Assembly (NCBI GenBank): GCA_951406725.2
Contig: OX597830.1
Coordinates: forward strand, 79,546,001 to 79,610,000
Reading direction: 5' to 3'
From: Octopus vulgaris
Taxonomy: Eukaryota
Length of the DNA stretch: 64,000 bases
Below are positions 45,097 through 60,571 of this stretch, in pieces. Both the position numbers and the translations under genes were made by a program. How positions within the stretch are numbered: position 1 is the stretch's first letter; each line of letters starts with the position of its first letter. The notes beneath the pieces are model-generated. The model saw only the letters and a list, made by a program, of their open reading frames with translations, did no database searches and was not told the DNA's origin.

Positions 45097-47870
45097 CTTT
45101 GATACTTTGATACTTTGATAGGTTTCAGCCATTATTGGCCCAGGCCATGTCTAACTTAATAGCACCACCTGGTGAAGTCTTTCAAGTCAGAATTTGGGCA
45201 CTATGGCCCACTCAAGTAGAGAGTTATTGTTTACAGAGACATATCCGGGTGTAGGGGGTTTATCCGGGATTTCTTGAAGGAATCTGTCCAAAGACTTCTT
45301 GAACCCTATAGGGTCAGTTTCTGTTTTAATGTGTTTTGGTGTAATGTTAAAGAGAGCGGGGCCAATTGAGGTGAAATAATTGTGCCGTATTGTTGTTATG
45401 AGATGAGAGTGCGATTTTTGTTTTGGGCGGATGGCACGGGGCCCAAGCCTTGGATGTACCTTAAAGGTGATGCCAACATCATTTGGGCAATGCTGATGGA
45501 ATATTTTCCACATCATGCAGATGATGTAGCGCTCACGACGACGTTGGAGAGAATAGAGTTTTAGCTTTTCTAGTCGACCCCAATAGTCGAGGCCTGTCAT
45601 GCCATCTATCTTTTTTGTGATTGCCCTTTGAGGTGCTTCGACTTTTTGATACCTTGTATTGTGTGGGGAGACCACAGTGGACAACAGTATTCAAGGTGGG
45701 GTCGGGCAAAAGTGGAGAAGAGAAGGATAATGGTGTGGATATCTCTCGACTGGAAAGTTCTGAGAATCCAGGAACACATTCTGCGGGCCATGTCAACTTT
45801 GGTGTTTATATGAGTGGCCCAGCTTACGTTGTTGTCCACAATTACTCCCAAGTCTCTGATGTTGTTGGACGCCGCGAGAGTTTCACCTGAAGGAAGGGAG
45901 TATGGGAGTTTCAGGGCATCCTCTTTTCCAAAGTGGATTAGCTCAAATTTATCCTCGTTCAGCAGCATATTGTTTTTTTCTGCCCATTGGATAACAGCCA
46001 GTAGATCTGACTGAAGGCATGTCCGGTCACTCGCCTCATTTATGACCTTCTGTAGCTTGGAGTCATCTGCAAAGATTTTTATGTTGCTGTGCTTGATGAT
46101 GTCATTAATGTCATTAATGTAAATGATGAAAAGAAGTGGGCCCAGCACAGTGCCTTGCGGAACGCCACTACTGACTTTGGCTGGGCTTGATTTTACCCCT
46201 TCAACTACAACATGTTGAGATCTGTCTGTCAGGAAACACTTAATCCATTTCAGTAACTTTCCAGAGACACCAATGTTGGATAGTTTTTTCAATAGGATCT
46301 TGTGATCGACCCTGTCGAAGGCCTTACTGAAATCAAGGTAGATGACATCGGTGTTGGAGCCCTCTCCCAAAGCTCTCAAAATGTCCTCAAAGTGATGCAG
46401 GAGCTGCGTTAGGCAGTCCCTTCCATTACGGAACCCATGTTGGTTGGAGATCAGCCGTCTGTTGCTTTCCAGAAATTGGGTTATTTGAGATCTCACCACC
46501 CTCTCAAATACCTTGATGATATGAGAGGTGAGTGAGATCGGACGGTAATTCACTGCAAGGGACTTGTTTCCCTCTTTGAAAACTGGGACAACAGACTGGG
46601 ACAGAAGGTTTTTTGGAATATAGCCAGCATCCAGTGAGTTTCTCCACAGATTAGCAAGGGGAGATGCAAGTTGGTGTCGACACACCTTCAGGACACAAGC
46701 AGGGAACCTATCGGGGCCTACTGCTGAATTGTGTTTTATTTCGTTTATCGCCGCTAAGACATCAGGGGCACTAAACGTTATGTCCGATATAGTGTGTTGG
46801 GGGTTGACATCACTGATACAGCCCAGATCGGCCATATCAGGATTGCTGAAAACAGAGCAGTATTGTTTCTGCAGTATCTCGGCCATGGATTTGGCATTAT
46901 CTTGGAGAGTGCCAGTTTCGTCAATTAGAGGGCCTACAGTGGAGACAGTGACCCTGCGTTTCCTCGCAAATGAAAAGAACACTTTGGGGTTGAGTTTGAT
47001 TTTTTCAATGGCCCACTTCTCCTCAGCTGATCTTTGGTTATTGATGAGGGACTTCATGCATTGTTGGAGGTTATATTTTTTGGATTCAAGCAGTGCGATA
47101 GCCGTCGAATGTGTGTGTTGCTGTTGGCAGTACTTTAGTTTGTTAATTTTTTTGTTTGTTCTTTTTATTTTTCTGATAATGGTTTTTCTGTTTTGGGGGA
47201 TTCTGCACTTTTTGTTCACAGGTCTTGGTGGGGAGTGTTTTGCACATATGTCTGTGACGGTGTCTACAAAGATCTGCCAAGATGTTTTATGGTTGGTGGA
47301 GATGTGTGTATGTGTAAAGGACCAGTCAACATTTGATAGCTCGTTCCTGATTGCATCCCAGTTGGCTTTATGGAGATCCATGTTGTCAAATGGGTGGGCT
47401 GGAGGAAGGTCACTAGGATTAGCTTTCGGCTGGTGGAATTTCATGTTACAGAGAACCATGTCATGGTCTGAAAGAAGGGTTTTTTCCACTGTAACGTTAT
47501 GTATAGTGTTAGTGTGGTTACTAAACACTAGGTCCAAAATGTTCTGATGTCTTGTTGGTGCAAGGACAAGTTGGGACAAGAAAAACTCATTCGTAAAGTC
47601 GAAAAGTGACTCTGCTGCTTCTTTGTCAGCGGTTGAGGCGGGAGTGCTTGGTTTCAAACAGTTTGTAGTCCAGTCAACACAGGGTAGATTGAAGTCTCCC
47701 ATCATGAGTGTGTTGCTAGAATGGCACTGTTGAATAAAGCACTTAATGCTGTTGAGGCATTCTTTAAAGCACAGTATGGGTGTTTTGGGGCGACCTATAG
47801 AGCCCAATTACTGTCAGATCATTGGCTTTGTTGTGCACGGTGACTGATTCACAGTAGCCGTTGGAGAATA
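45097..47870 (-). mobile_element. 5'-truncated LINE, third (more distant) CR1/L2-group family
   Basis: ORF 45606-47807 ([25 protein letters not shown]) continues after a frameshift as 45187-45684. Tail (TATCAAAG)n. Confidence 0.93.
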
Positions 47871-47930
47871 TACTAATATACTATATATACTATACTAATA
47901 TACTATATATATATATATATATATATGTAC

Positions 47931-48032
<102 letters not shown>

Positions 48033-48077
48033 GTATGTATATATATATATATGTATGTATATATATATATATGTATG

Positions 48078-48218
<141 letters not shown>

Positions 48219-48256
48219 GTATACATATATATATATATATGTATATATATATATGT

Positions 48257-48302
<46 letters not shown>

Positions 48303-48402
48303 ATATGTATACATATATATATATATGTATACATATATATTTATACATATATATATATATATGTATACATATATATATATATGTATACATATATATATAT
48401 AT

Positions 48403-48718
48403 CGCACTCTCATCTCATAACAACAATACGGCACAATTATTTCACCTCAATTGGCCCCGCTCTCTTTAACATTACACCAAAACACATTAAAATAGAAACT
48501 GACCCTATAGGGTTCAAGAAGTCTTTGGACAGATTACTTCAAGAAATCCCGGATAAACCCCCTACACCCGGATATGTCTCTGTAAACAATAACTCACTAC
48601 TTGAGTGGGCCATAGTGCCCAAATTCTGACTTGAAAGACTTCACCAGGTGGTGCTATTAAGTTAGACATGGCCTGGGCCAATAATGGCCGAAACCTATCA
48701 AAGTATCAAAGTATCAAA

Positions 48719-48720
<2 letters not shown>
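48403..48720 (+). mobile_element. Short 3' fragment of the 45097 LINE family
   Basis: Inverted, near-identical copy of ~45097-45415 with the same tail. Confidence 0.92.
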
Positions 48721-48768
<48 letters not shown>

Positions 48769-48775
48769 GTATACA

Positions 48776-48818
<43 letters not shown>

Positions 48819-48925
48819 GTATACATATATATATATATGTATACATATATATATATATGCATACATATATATATATATATGTATACATATATATATATAT
48901 ATGCATACATATATATATGCATACA

Positions 48926-50402
48926 TGTATCATCTGCATAACTTGTGATCATGGCTCTCTGCGTGGCTGAGGGCATGTCTGAGAGGGCCATTATGAACAG
49001 TAGTGGTCCCAGAACAGTGCCCTGCGGAACACCGCTCACTATTTGCGTGTTAATGGAAGTGGCCCCATTGGCTGCTACCACCTGACTTCTATCTTTCAGA
49101 AAGTCATGAAGCCATTCTCCTAGTTTTCCAACTATGTTGAGATCACGCAGTTTGTGACATATCATTCCATGATCGACTTTATCAAAGGCCTTTGCAAAGT
49201 CGAGATATATCACTTCCACATTTGAGTGGTTGAGCAGCCGATTCAGCACCCAGTCATAGTGTTGTAGGAGCTGAGTTAAACAGCTTCTTTCTGGTCGGAA
49301 ACCATGTTGGGTGTCGGGCAGCAAGTCATTCTCTTCAAGGAAGGTGATCAGCTTCCTTCTGCCTATTCGTTCCATGACCTTGCTGATGTGCGAAGTCAGA
49401 GAGATAGGTCTGTAGTTCTTGGCTTCCGCTCTGCTACCTCCTTTATGAATGGGGCATATTTTACCTTCCTTCAGTTTTCTTGGAAGTTTGCCAGCTGCAA
49501 GGAAGCTCTGAAAGAGGAACTGCAGTGGTCTTGCTAGGACTCTCTTACATGCTTTTAGGAGGATTGCCGGAAATCCATCGGGGCCAGTAGCTGAGTCTGT
49601 TTTCATTTCATCTATAGCCTTGATTACATCGTCTTCCTTTATATCGATGTAATCTATCGTCGCCGCCTCTGATTTTATATCTGCAGTGGTAAAAAAGTCA
49701 GTTGGATTGGTGATTTGGAGATGCCCAAGGGGTGGAGTGAAAACACTCTTGAATTGCTCATTCAGTATTTCACTTACCCTCATTGGTTTTCCTGTAAGTG
49801 TGCCATCCTTTTCAAGGAGTGGCCCTATTCTACAGTGCACCGTAGCTGTTTCTTTGGCATACCTGTAGAAAGCTCTGGGGTTAGATTTTATGTTGTCTAT
49901 AGCCCAGGCTTCTTTGTCTGCTCTTTCTTTTTCATGGGAGAGTTGCAGAGATTTTTCGATTTGCAACAGTTTTATTTTTAGGCGGGACTTTTCACTGCTT
50001 TCAATCTGTTTGTTTAGGCGATTTGAAAATTTTGTACGCCGTCTCATGAAAATTTTCCTCTCTCTGTGGATTTTGTTCTTGTGTACAGTGGCCTTTCTCT
50101 CTGGGACACATTTGTAGCATATGGCTTGCATTACAGACATGAATTGTTGAAGTTTCACGTCGATGTCTGGCGAGGAGAGACATTTAGGCCAGTTTTGTTT
50201 GAGGATCTCTTTCTCAATTTGTTTCCAGTTTGCCTTATGGTAGTTCAAGCTGGAAAGATTCTGAGGGTTTCTTGTAGGCTGCATGTCCGTGCTCTCTTTT
50301 GGCCCGTACATGGTCAGCTCTATCATGTTGTGATCCGAGAGTAGTGTCGGTGTCACTTTCACATTATGGATGAGATCCATGTCATTTGTGAAGCAGAGAT
50401 CC
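48926..50402 (-). mobile_element. Internal LINE fragment truncated at both ends
   Basis: Runs from DLCFTND to YADDT, then directly into TA-rich repeat. No 3' UTR. Confidence 0.92.
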
Positions 50403-50423
50403 ATATATACTTATACATATATA

Positions 50424-51870
<1,447 letters not shown>

Positions 51871-51940
51871 ATATATATGTATATATATATATCCAACCCA
51901 TGCTATATTAAACGATATATGATGATATGATATATATATA

Positions 51941-51983
<43 letters not shown>

Positions 51984-52009
51984 TATGTATGTATATATAT
52001 AAATATATG

Positions 52010-52064
<55 letters not shown>

Positions 52065-52248
52065 GACACACATGTTAATTAATTCAGTTTGTCTCATAAT
52101 CAACAACTAACCCATCTCTTAAGAAAACATTACTATACAAATTTAATACTCTTTCACTAATACAAGATATGTATACGTAGACGTTAAATCCATCTGCCAA
52201 ATATTACAAACAATAGAGAGACTTAATTGTTATAAATTTAGAATTGTA

Positions 52249-52640
52249 CATCATCATCATCATCATCATTTAACGTCCGCTTTCCATGCTAGCATGGGCT
52301 GGATGATTTGACTGAGGTCTGGTGAACCAGATGGCTGCACCAGGCTCCAATCTTGATCTGGCAGAATTTCTACTGCTTGATGCCCTTCCTAACGCTAACT
52401 ACTCCGAGAGTGTAGTGGGTGCTTTTACGTGTCACCGGCACAGGGGCCAGTCAGGCGGTACTGGCAATGACCTCGCTCGAATCTTTTTACACATGCCACC
52501 GGCACAGGTGCCAGTAAGGTGATGCTGGTAACGATCACACTCGAATGGTGCCTTTTACGTGCCACCAGCATGGAAGACAGTTAGCCGCTCTGGCAATGAT
52601 CACGCTCGGATGGTGCTCTTAGCACCCTATTAACATGGGG
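52249..52640 (-). mobile_element. RTE 3' tail fragment
   Basis: (CAT)n followed by TTTAACGTCCGCTTTCCATGCTAGCATGGG and ~60-bp repeats, as at 18335-18740. Confidence 0.85.
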
Positions 52641-55600
52641 CACATATGTTAAAACAGAAAAGCTAGAAATGCTTAATTTACAGGTGATACCATTCTTCAC
52701 TGCTTCTTAAACTGTCACACACAGGTGTTAGCAACACAGATGTTTTATATAAATTCAACATAACCTCTATAATCTTGTTTATTTTAACAGTATAATAAAA
52801 ATGACATAATGTTCATAACAAAGAAACATTCTCCAACCACTTACCCCCTCTAGTCTTAAACTGCATACAACTAAATCCTTAAGGTCACCACACATTCTAA
52901 GCTTCTAAATTACTGAGCATCTCTCCTGGCAATCTCAAATCTATAATATATCAAACAAGTGTGTCAAGGTGTTGTCTTCCTTTTTTGAACCAGATCATAC
53001 TTCAGCGCTGTACAACTTTCTACAAAGTTCTTCATTGAGAAACCTTCAATTGATACAGTCTCCACAACAGGAAAGGGACTGCACTTAAACATCAGAAAAA
53101 ACCTATATTACACAGAAATGAACACCAAGCATCTGGCTGGTCAAGATTTCTGTCTGCAAAAGCTCTGTCTCCTGACTCTTATACATTTGCTGATAATACA
53201 CTGGTCATTATTCCTCTCATTAACAATTCTTTGTGTTCCCACTCATTTCCAAACTAACCACTTTTCCAAATACTTCCTCCTCAAGATGTTAATCTCTCAA
53301 AATCATATTCACACACATTACTCTTGTAACACTTATTCAAACTGGCATTAACTTGTAGCTGATCAACCTGAACATTAGCCACATCTATCTTAAGCAATCA
53401 ACAAATGTCATTAATTAATTGCTTCATCATTATAGAAAGCATATAAAAATACAACAAATATATATTTATCATATGCTTGAGAAGTTATTGTTTCTATCAT
53501 TTACTTCTCTTTCTTTCATATATAACTATTGCCTGATCTCTGCTGCCAACACAACGCTCCCATTTACTATTCTGCTTCTTCCTTCATCTCATTAAACGCT
53601 TTTCTACTTTCGTCATTTTCCTTCTTTTTCTTTCTCATTCTTTCATTTCCCCTGCCAATCTAATATTATCAATACCTTTTTCACTTCTCTCTTACCTTTA
53701 CTTTATCTCTCTTCTTCTAAAACCTATATAGAAAGGTAACAATTTAGTTTAAGACTCACTTAATGTAGAGCTTCTGCTGAATACGTTGCTATGTGCATCA
53801 ACCCCTAATACTGACATATCATCAGATGATTGAAATTTATTTATGAAACTGAAATTAGGCAAATTTGAAATTATGGAAATTGATCAAATGTAATCTTTCA
53901 GTTTATAATTAATTTTCTTATTGTGTTTCTCTCACTAATGATGGGTGGTCATGGAAATTCACCAAAGACTCTTTATCAATAGAATATTCTAGATGTGACT
54001 GTTTTCATTGACTACCAAGCAAAGTTAATGAATTGAAAATGAATAGAGAGTGGAAATATGTAAAGTTCCACCTTTGTAATATCAATTTGTTGAAATACTT
54101 CTCTTGGTAGTGATTAATGAAATAGTACCAGGTGTGCTTGATTGGTGTCTGATTGGATAACTTTCAATGAGAAGGAATTTGAAGCCAAATTATTAGAATG
54201 TTTATGGTTTTATAAAAGCTGCATGAAGGAAACAGTACAAAAGTTATTTGACCAGTAAAGCTTCTGGAAACAAAAATATAATATTGACATATTAACAGCA
54301 GAGATCAATGACTCCAAACTCACTGCTGACCAAAGGGCAGTGATTTCTGCTAGTTTTGACAAGGTTCATTTGCAAGGATCTGAAACGTGCTTCCTGGAAG
54401 TTAATGGCAGATCTTTAAAGGCATTCTTGTTTCAGTCTGTTGCTCAGTATATTAGCAAGAAGAATTTGTTCTGTGGAACCTAACTTGCTAGGGAGTGACC
54501 AATGCATTATGGTTTCAGGACCATCCTCTACAGAGCATGTAGAATCAGATGGACAGTATCAGATGAGGGAAATGGTAGATAGCCACTAACTCATTTATAC
54601 TTCTGAATGACACCATCATAGACAGTCCATTTTGACATTGCCTACTTCTACCTGTTCAAACACTATTGAAATATGATATTGTTGTTGTCTACATCTACTT
54701 GTTTTGTCACTGAGGTATTGAAAGGGTTGGCTATGTTCTATCCGGGTCCCCTTCTTTGATTTATCATTATGAATGGCCCTACAAGATTGCACTCAGAGTT
54801 ACTGGACCACACAAACCCTCCACCACAGTATGCAATGACTATCAACATAATGCTTCAGCAATCACAGCTGGTTTTTTCCTTCTGTTGTTGTTTCCACACT
54901 GCTTCCTGGGAGCTATACAGCAAATTCTGTTTTCAAACCCTTTTTATACTTGATGCACCTGGGTGACACATTGCCATGAATTTCAAAATTTAGAGATGTA
55001 CTTTAGTGATATCAAATGATTGCCATGGATTAATGTTTAATGAAAAACAAGTGAATTCTGGAGGCTCTGAGTAAATCAATGAAGGATAACATGACAATAT
55101 ATCTCGAAAAAGGTAGAGTAGCCTTGTTGTTATCAAGTGGCTTCCATCAGACCCAACCAGTGATCCCAAAAAGGAAGAAGAATTAATGAAATCTATGCCT
55201 GCCTTAATTTGGTATCACTTTAAAACAAAATTAAAATCTTTAAAGTGCTTAGAAACATGAGAGCTAATCTTTCGGGAGATCAACTGTCTCATCTAATGAG
55301 AAACTGTAATAAAAATAAAACAAAATAGTAAACCCAAAATTTAAAAAGGAAAATCATTGTTATCTGAAAAACAAGAAAAAGTTAGAGGGAAAACACTGAG
55401 ATTAAAAAAACATTTCTGACTGGAGGGAATAAGAACAGGCAAATGATGAGAAGTAGCAAATAGATGAATCACTCAATTAGCCACATTAAGAGAAGGGACA
55501 AGAAGGGAAAGTTAGGGAGTTAGGGAGAAAAATGACAATGGGAGAAAAGAGATAAGGAAGTCATATCACAATGATAAAAGTGAGGTTGGAGTTTAGCTAC

Positions 55601-56091
55601 CAAAACAGGACCAATAACTTCAGAAACATGCTTTAAAGTCAATGAAGGAGAGGATGAATAGCAACTGGGACACCAGCCCAAATGTGACGATAGCATCCTA
55701 CACAAAGTTTAACACAATATGTACAACAATGAGGAATACATTTGGAGAAAACATAATGATAGGAACAATAAAGAGAACAAAACTTCATAGAGAAAATCCA
55801 GACATGTTCCAAACTCATTGTGACTTTATTAGCAAAGTAGTGACACCACTGAACCGGTCAACATTGGAAAAAAAGAATCATTCAGTAAATGTTGATTGGA
55901 TATCATAGAAAAATAGAATTGCTTAAGTCTTAAATATTAAAAATAATTTAACTAAAACCTATAAAAGATCGGTTCCATATTAAAGGGAGACATTTGATAT
56001 GATGTATGTGTCAATTTAACAAGGAATTCTCAATAATATTTCATCTCTGTTCTGTATGATATGTTTAGATTTCTCAGTAATAACAACTTAC

Positions 56092-56266
56092 CTGGGATTT
56101 TCTCTTGTGAAATAGTATGTTCTAACTTTTTTCTGAATTCAATTATTTCTCCAAAATTGTCTTTGGTACCATCATCAACAAGGATAAAATGTGAATGATT
56201 AGGATCCAATGCATACATTTCTTCTTTAGAATTAGTTTGTATGGAATAGTCTGCAGGCCACGATCC
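56092..56266 (-). CDS. TRPM: TRPM-like channel exon B (SLOG domain)
   Basis: tttctag|GGA...CCAG|gtaag, 175 nt, phase 0 to 1. Encodes GSWPADYSIQTNSKEEMYALDPNHSHFILVDDGTKDNFGEIIEFRKKLEHTISQEKIP, including the diagnostic LDxNHSHFILVDDG motif. Confidence 0.95.
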
Positions 56267-57009
56267 CTAGAAATCAAATCAATATTTTAATTGTTATACA
56301 TATTATAAAAACCATTGTCACATAAAAATATGTGTTTTTTTGTTCTGATACAGAAAAATATACAGCTAATAGAAATTGGGGGAGTAACAAAGAGCAGGGA
56401 AAAGTGGGAAAAAGAGAAAGAGAGAGATAGCTTTGGAAATAGGGAGAGAAAGTATCAGAATATGGATTGTGTTATACTGAATGTGTTAGGGAGATTTTAA
56501 TGTTTACAGACATAAAAAAAGAACACTAATGAATTGGTATACAGATGCATAATGACACTCCATACACTCACATACACATAAACAACACACATAGACAGGC
56601 GAATACTGAAGCATAAAACAACAACAAACAAAATAACACACACCAGCTAAAACCGAGGAGGGAGACGAACCAATTGAAGAAATAACAAAAGTAGAAGAAC
56701 TAAACATCACGCAGTCGATAAATATAGACCAGCGTAAACGTCTCCCCTGGCTACAGGAAAATAAAAATCTCTATGAAAGGAAGTCGATTTTCACTTGAAA
56801 AATGAAATTGCGAGTGGAGAGGGAAGTTCTGTCCTTGAGTGAGTGTATTTGAAAGGTGGGTGAAAGTTGCAAAAATGGCAAGAGTGGATGGCACCTCTCT
56901 CAGTGTAGACCTGTAAGTCGAAGTGGGCACTTGCTCTTGGTGTTCGGGGAAATTTCGGACAGTGTGGTTCCTCGATTATGCCTATAAGTTCTCCTGTAAC
57001 AGGAGGGCA

Positions 57010-57950
57010 CCCACAAGCATTTAAGAAACAAAATGAAAAAAGAGTACACAACTGGAAAATGAAACCGTTGCATGGGCAATACCTCAGAGAAATCGAAGGA
57101 AAAGACAAGATCAATACTTACAGATGGTTAAGAAAAAGTGATCTGAAAGGATGCAGTGAGGCATTTATATGTAGCACCTAGGAACAAGCTCTGAGAACTA
57201 ATTACACCAAATTCCGAACCGCCTCTTTTTAGGATGTGTGCAAGCGAAAACGAAACAATCTCACATATTGTGAGTGAGTGTAGCAAGCTGTCTCAAAAGC
57301 ACTACAAAAGGAGGCATGATAATGTGGCTAAGTTTGTCTCCTGGACGCTGTGAAAAGTGCGACCTGAACTGAATACGGAAATGATACGAACATGAACCAG
57401 AAGTAGTCACTGAGAACAAGGAACATAAGATACTGTGAGATTTTACGATCCAATGTGATTCCTTGATCATGGCTCGGAGACCAGATATTGTTGTGGTAGA
57501 TAAAGGGAAAAAGGAAACCAAGATTATAGATATTGCAATACCCGGAGATGCACGCATAAGTGACAAAGAACTAGAAAAGATTGAAAAGTACAGACTTCTA
57601 AAAGACGAAATTGCGAGAATATAGACTACGAGGAGAGTGTCTGTCATTCCAGTAGTTTTAAGGGCACTCCGAGCACTAACAACCAAGTTCGAGAAATATG
57701 TCAAAGAAATCGGAATTGACATGAGAGCAGAGCAAGGCCAAAAAACTGATCTACTGGGGACAGGTAGGATTTTGAGATTGGTGCTTGTATATTGAAAGTT
57801 TCCTACAATAATTAACAACCAAGTATCATATAATGTGCAGAAAGAGATTTTGTGAGATCTCTGACTGCAGGCTGCTGTCTTTTCTCATAGAATCTACCAG
57901 AACAAACGAGACTGAACGTTCTGAGAAGTAAAGCAATGATAATAATAATC
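57010..57950 (+). mobile_element. R4/Dong-like non-LTR 3' end (restriction-like endonuclease)
   Basis: WKMKPLHGQY, ETISHIVSECSKLSQKHYKRRHDNVAK, RRPDIVVVDK..IIDIAIPGD..EKIEKY. Ends in (TAA)n. Confidence 0.9.
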
Positions 57951-57979
57951 TGAATAACAGAGAGTTCCGCACTCAAATA

Positions 57980-58827
57980 CAGAGAATTCCGCGTTGAATA
58001 TCAGAAATTGTCACCATTTTATTTTTTTTTTTTTGCTTTCGCTTATGTGCATTGTTCGTTTTTGATTTTGTCGACTACACACTATAGTAGGGTCAGTTGG
58101 GCACAGTCTGTGAGTAAAGCAGCACCATGACGCAATTCACTATGCCAAACATTTGGAAATGACAAACTGTATTGCTTGGCATTCGCGCTGGAAGCTCCAA
58201 TACGAATATTTCAGATTGTTTGGGTGTCAATCTGAGGACAGTGCAATTTGATATGTACCGAGTGAGAGGAAAATCAAACATCCCCTCAACATCATAGTGT
58301 TTGGTGTAATCACTAGTGATGGCGACATTATGCCTCCATTCATCTTCCCACATGGCTCCAGACTCAGTAGAGAACCCTACGTAAAGTGCTTGGAGGACGT
58401 AGTGCTGCCCTAGGTCAAGAGGGTGGCTGCTGGAAGATCTCATGTCTGGCAACAGGACTCTGCACCATACCACACAAGCTGTAGAACCCAGTCATGGATA
58501 TCAGACAATTTCCGCAACCACATCACACTTAACATCTCGTTACCTAACTCCCCAGACAGCAACCCGCTTCATTATTATGTGCGGGGTGCAGTTGAGTAAG
58601 AGACCAATGAAACTTCTTGTGACACCAAAAATGAACTGAAAGCAAGGAGTATGGCAGTATTCACCAACGTAAACAAAACGACTGGCCCGAAGAATTGCAG
58701 TGAGTGGTTCATCTATATAATAAATTTACTCTTTAGTATTTCAAGATATTTTAATGAAAGTTTGTTAAAATATCTGTTAAAACGAGATGCGAGTGTTGTT
58801 TTCATTTGTGCGCAATTTAGAGGCCCC

Positions 58828-58832
<5 letters not shown>
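57980..58832 (+). mobile_element. Degenerate Tc1/mariner-superfamily (maT-like) DNA transposon
   Basis: VFGVITSDGDIMPPFIF, VWQQDSAPYH, PNSPDSNPL. The right end GAGGCCCCCTG is followed by TA. The left TIR is unclear. Confidence 0.8.
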
Positions 58833-58870
<38 letters not shown>

Positions 58871-60409
58871 CATACATACATACATACATACATACATACA
58901 TACATACATACACAAATTTAGAATCCATACTGCAGCGTGACAGCGGCAGTACTTTGTTCACTAGGTTAACGATTTCAATTCTAGTCGTATGCACTATTCT
59001 CTAAAATAGAAAATGTATTAAGATTTGTAACACTGGTCTCAGTGTAGTCGTATCATTGCATAATGATACTATAGAATGTCTTTGATTTCATTACACTGTT
59101 AAGATTATTTAAATCTTTAAACCTTTCAATAACTTTAAAATAGTTTTATGATATTGTCACTAGACAAAAGCGAAGAACGTTAAACCAGTGATTTCTCATG
59201 AACAAGTGCGTATAGCTTTTTCTACGAAGTTTTTACTTTCTGACGTAAGGACAAAAATAAAAGAAAGTAACTCCTAAAGATGAAGAGATAACGATTCTAT
59301 AAGAAAGAAAATTGTTTTCCCTAAGAGAACTTTACACAAATCCGAGAAATCATTGCTTCAGTAAAACATAATGCAAAGAAATTATGTATTTTCACAATCT
59401 TTAGTTTTAAAATAACCATGGATATGGCTGCTCAATTATATTGACTTTCTGCGGATCTTACACTACTCATTTGCTATAAGGTGATTTAATCCAAATCTCA
59501 CACAACCTCAGGGTATCTTTTTCTCTATGTTGTGATAGTCACGTTTTGTATTTTCGTTATTATTATATTTTTAGCTTGGGGAAAGGGAAAAAAGTGAAGT
59601 ATTCAGGATATTTGCAGAATTTTTTAAACAACTGGTGGTGGAAACAGAGTAAAAACCTATAACCCATGTGTTGTCTTTAACCATTACTTCGATTCACGTA
59701 AATAATTCAACTGGATATCAGAGTCAGCAAAGCACGAAAGACTCCCAGAACCAGGCTCTTGGCAAGAGATCTCTGCTATATAACCACATCAAATCTTAAT
59801 CTCTGTCAAATAGTTACACTGCACAAAGGAAGAAACAATAAGTTTAATATAGAATGACTTGTTGAGTTATATCCATTGCAAACAAACTCTAACCAAAACC
59901 AGAAACTGGATCAAAATGTCAAGCAAGAAATCAAGATGATTGATAATCTTTGAGAAGTGATGGAATATTGCCAAATTGATATATTTTTTCTTGATAAGCA
60001 AAAAAAAAAAAAAAAAAAAACTGAGGCAATGTAGAACATAGTATTTTCCCCAGAAACAATGAAACAGAACTCATTCTCTATGATCAGGTAGTCAAATATC
60101 TCATTCACTCGGCCATTTACTTTTTCGTTTCAAATAAAATAGAAAAAAATAATACACACACGAAAGTCAAGAACCCTTGAAAATATTACTTCTCTTATCA
60201 CAAAATTAGCAATGTATCATAAATGGAAATCATATGGACTTTTCTTCATGTCTTGATGTAATTTAAAAATTAAATGTTACCATTTTATAATTAATATTGA
60301 ACTTTCAAACACCAACAGTAAATTGATATAAATCAATACTTAATGTTGATATGGAGAAAGGATTATATAAGAGGTTAAAAAAAGGAAAATAACTGAAACA
60401 GAAATTTAC

Positions 60410-60571
60410 CTTCTTATTCACTAGGGATTTTTTCTTCAGTACACAGTTCCATGGTGCAATACCAAGAGTTGTCACTTCATTCATGGCAACACTTTATTTT
60501 CCTTATTATGCATAACTTCCCAATATATTTCGCAACTCCAGTATGTAAGCCTTCAGTTATGATCCAAGCAT
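60410..60571 (-). CDS. TRPM: TRPM-like channel exon A (MHR1/2 SLOG domain), frame-disrupted as assembled
   Basis: AG acceptor at 60573-60572 and GT donor at 60409-60408. It reads AWIITEGLHTGVAKYIG at the start and EVTTLGIAPWNCVLKKKSLVNKK at the end (TRPM AWIxTxG..GV and GIAPW motifs). The two halves are in different frames; adding one base to each of two homopolymers restores a single frame. Confidence 0.85.

Noticed and set aside
46729-47547. 272-aa plus-strand ORF and other ORFs antisense to LINE ORF2
   Set aside because: These are shadow frames opposite RT coding sequence, with no recognisable motifs.
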